Notes under the pieces: model-generated | The model's database searches: none | Seen by the model: the letters and a program-made list of their open reading frames with translations, nothing else | What the model was told of the DNA's origin: nothing | Assembly (NCBI GenBank): GCA_001940925.1 | Contig: MSGZ01000009.1 | Span: 49,908 to 113,907, forward strand | Direction: 5' to 3' | Length of the DNA: 64,000 nt | Source of the DNA: Ruminococcus sp. Phil11 | GTDB taxonomy: Bacteria; Bacillota; Clostridia; Oscillospirales; Ruminococcaceae | Part shown: one piece after another, positions 63,001 through 64,000 of the stretch | Layout of the letters: each line of letters starts with the position of its first letter | How positions within the stretch are numbered: position 1 is the stretch's first letter | Program-made: the position numbers and the translations under genes

Positions 63001-63391
63001 TTCAGGCTTTGATTGGCAAAAAACGATCAAGCCGGAGGAAAATGGGACGTCAAGGAGGTAAACGGACTTGTTTCCGCTTTGAGCGGACTGCTTTCTTTCG
63101 GTTTCGCTGCTTCATATTGTTCTGAGCTATGAGCGAACAGCCATACTCACACGCGGCTCTCCCCGCGGTGCACATCTCCGCAATATGATACCTTGCAGCT
63201 AAGCAGAGAGATGTACGCAGATTCACTGCGACGCAGAACAATGCACTGTTTTTCAGACAGTGCGCCTGGCTGAACGGAATTGGGCCGCCAGCCGGCGAAA
63301 GGGACACAAACGGTTAGACAAAATCCCCGCAGCAATCTCGGGGAAATAAAGCCGGGCAAAACCGGTGAGATTGAAATAATGGAGAGAAACT

Positions 63392-64000
63392 ATGCAAGCT
63401 CGAACGCGAAGAAACCGCGTGGCGATTCTGGTTTCAATGGCTCTGTGTTTCACCAGTACATGTGCAATGCAGAGCGACAGAGACGTCATGCTGCGCTCCC
63501 GAGCTGCCAATACAGCGTATGCAGCTACGACCGGTGGCTATGAGAATGAAACGGACGTACAAGCCGTTTCAGGAGCGGCCGCCTCAAGCAGCAGCCTTGC
63601 AGAAGGTGCAGACGCGTATGATGTTGCCGATTGGTGGAAGGCGGATCTTTTTGAATATGATAAGAGCCTGACGCTGATCAGCTATGAGGCAGCGTACACG
63701 GAGCCGGACGAACCGCTTACGACGACCATTGCAGCGACAACTGATATCAAGAGTTCCGAAGCTGTGAACAGCGAGGAACCTACCGTTACTACGACAACCG
63801 TCGTGACAGTCCCTGAGCCTGCAGCCACGGCCAAGCAGACCGTAACCGCAGAACCCGACAGCGTGATCTTCTATTCGTCCGGATTTGGACACGGCGTAGG
63901 CATGAGCCAAAACGGCGCAAACTTCTACGCCATGTACGACGGTTGGACGTACGATCAGATTTTAAGTCTCTACTACCCCGGTACGATGCTTGTTCAGACA
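63392..64000 (+). CDS. Secreted protein with a Thr-rich linker entering a SpoIID/LytB-type motif; 3' end outside window
   Basis: RBS GGAGAG then ATG 63392. Signal peptide MQARTRRNRVAILVSMALCFTSTCA. The reading frame is open to position 64000. It ends ...SSGFGHGVGMSQNGANFYAMYDGWTYDQILSLYYPGT, the SpoIID signature GHGVGMSQ.GA...IL..YY. Confidence 0.6.
   Translation, partial: MQARTRRNRVAILVSMALCFTSTCAMQSDRDVMLRSRAANTAYAATTGGYENETDVQAVSGAAASSSSLAEGADAYDVADWWKADLFEYDKSLTLISYEAAYTEPDEPLTTTIAATTDIKSSEAVNSEEPTVTTTTVVTVPEPAATAKQTVTAEPDSVIFYSSGFGHGVGMSQNGANFYAMYDGWTYDQILSLYYPGTMLVQT

Noticed and set aside
63250-63375. Resemblance of GGGACACAAACGG and GGGAAATAAAGCCGGGCAAAACC to c-di-GMP-I (GGGACGCAAAGCC) or ykkC/guanidine (GGGA.AAAAGCCCGGGAGA) riboswitch cores, and a possible ydaO (c-di-AMP) element upstream of a cell-wall gene.
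   Set aside because: Only short partial matches. The other obligatory conserved blocks are absent: GGCAAACC plus a GNRA tetraloop for GEMM, CUAGGGUUCCG for ykkC, and CCGAAUCC / ACGGGGA.CC / CCCGNCAGCUAAC for ydaO.
1-64000. Whole-window scan for CRISPR arrays, rRNA, transposases/integrases, toxin-antitoxin pairs and prophage genes.
   Set aside because: I saw no regularly spaced direct repeats, no rRNA-like segments, and no recombinase or transposase motifs (DDE, Tyr or Ser recombinase) in any frame of reasonable length.

Overview
High-GC (about 60% by eye) Clostridia-type chromosome segment. It probably comes from a cellulosome-producing Ruminococcus-like (Oscillospiraceae) bacterium, because two glycoside hydrolases (GH9, GH43) end in dockerin modules. 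Nearly all genes are on the + strand; only cls and the GH9 gene are on the - strand. Recognisable housekeeping genes are nth (partial), rny, ruvC, ruvA, ruvB, ecfA1-ecfA2-ecfT-truA, a Clp-family AAA+ ATPase, gdhA, ispD-ispF, cls, pepD (fused), sbcD-sbcC, nifS-like/thiI, cinA/pncC, tRNA-Leu(CAG) and tRNA-Gly(CCC). I saw no transposase, integrase, CRISPR array or rRNA. Many intergenic regions carry near-consensus TTGACA-17-(TG)nTATAAT promoters and clear hairpin terminators. The items most worth a second look are: (1) a T-box leader in front of an HTH-cupin::acyl-CoA synthetase fusion; (2) an ECF sigma/anti-sigma pair whose extracytoplasmic module looks cohesin-like; (3) a low-GC insertion encoding a small secreted protein (with an in-frame stop in its signal peptide) and a lipoprotein next to an ABC exporter; (4) ruvA and ruvB split by four genes, including two tandem paralogous His/Ser/Pro-rich membrane proteins with an unassigned W/Y/C-rich C-terminal domain; (5) a GlmM homologue in which every catalytic motif is degraded; (6) a divergent cls / stand-alone DUF2156 / CxxCxxCC::PepD locus; (7) an orphan minus-strand consensus promoter plus two minus-oriented terminators, suggesting a ~120-nt sRNA; (8) a ~105-nt two-hairpin element found at the 3' ends of two unrelated genes, with compensatory stem changes. 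All functional calls come from reading motifs by eye. No database search was run.
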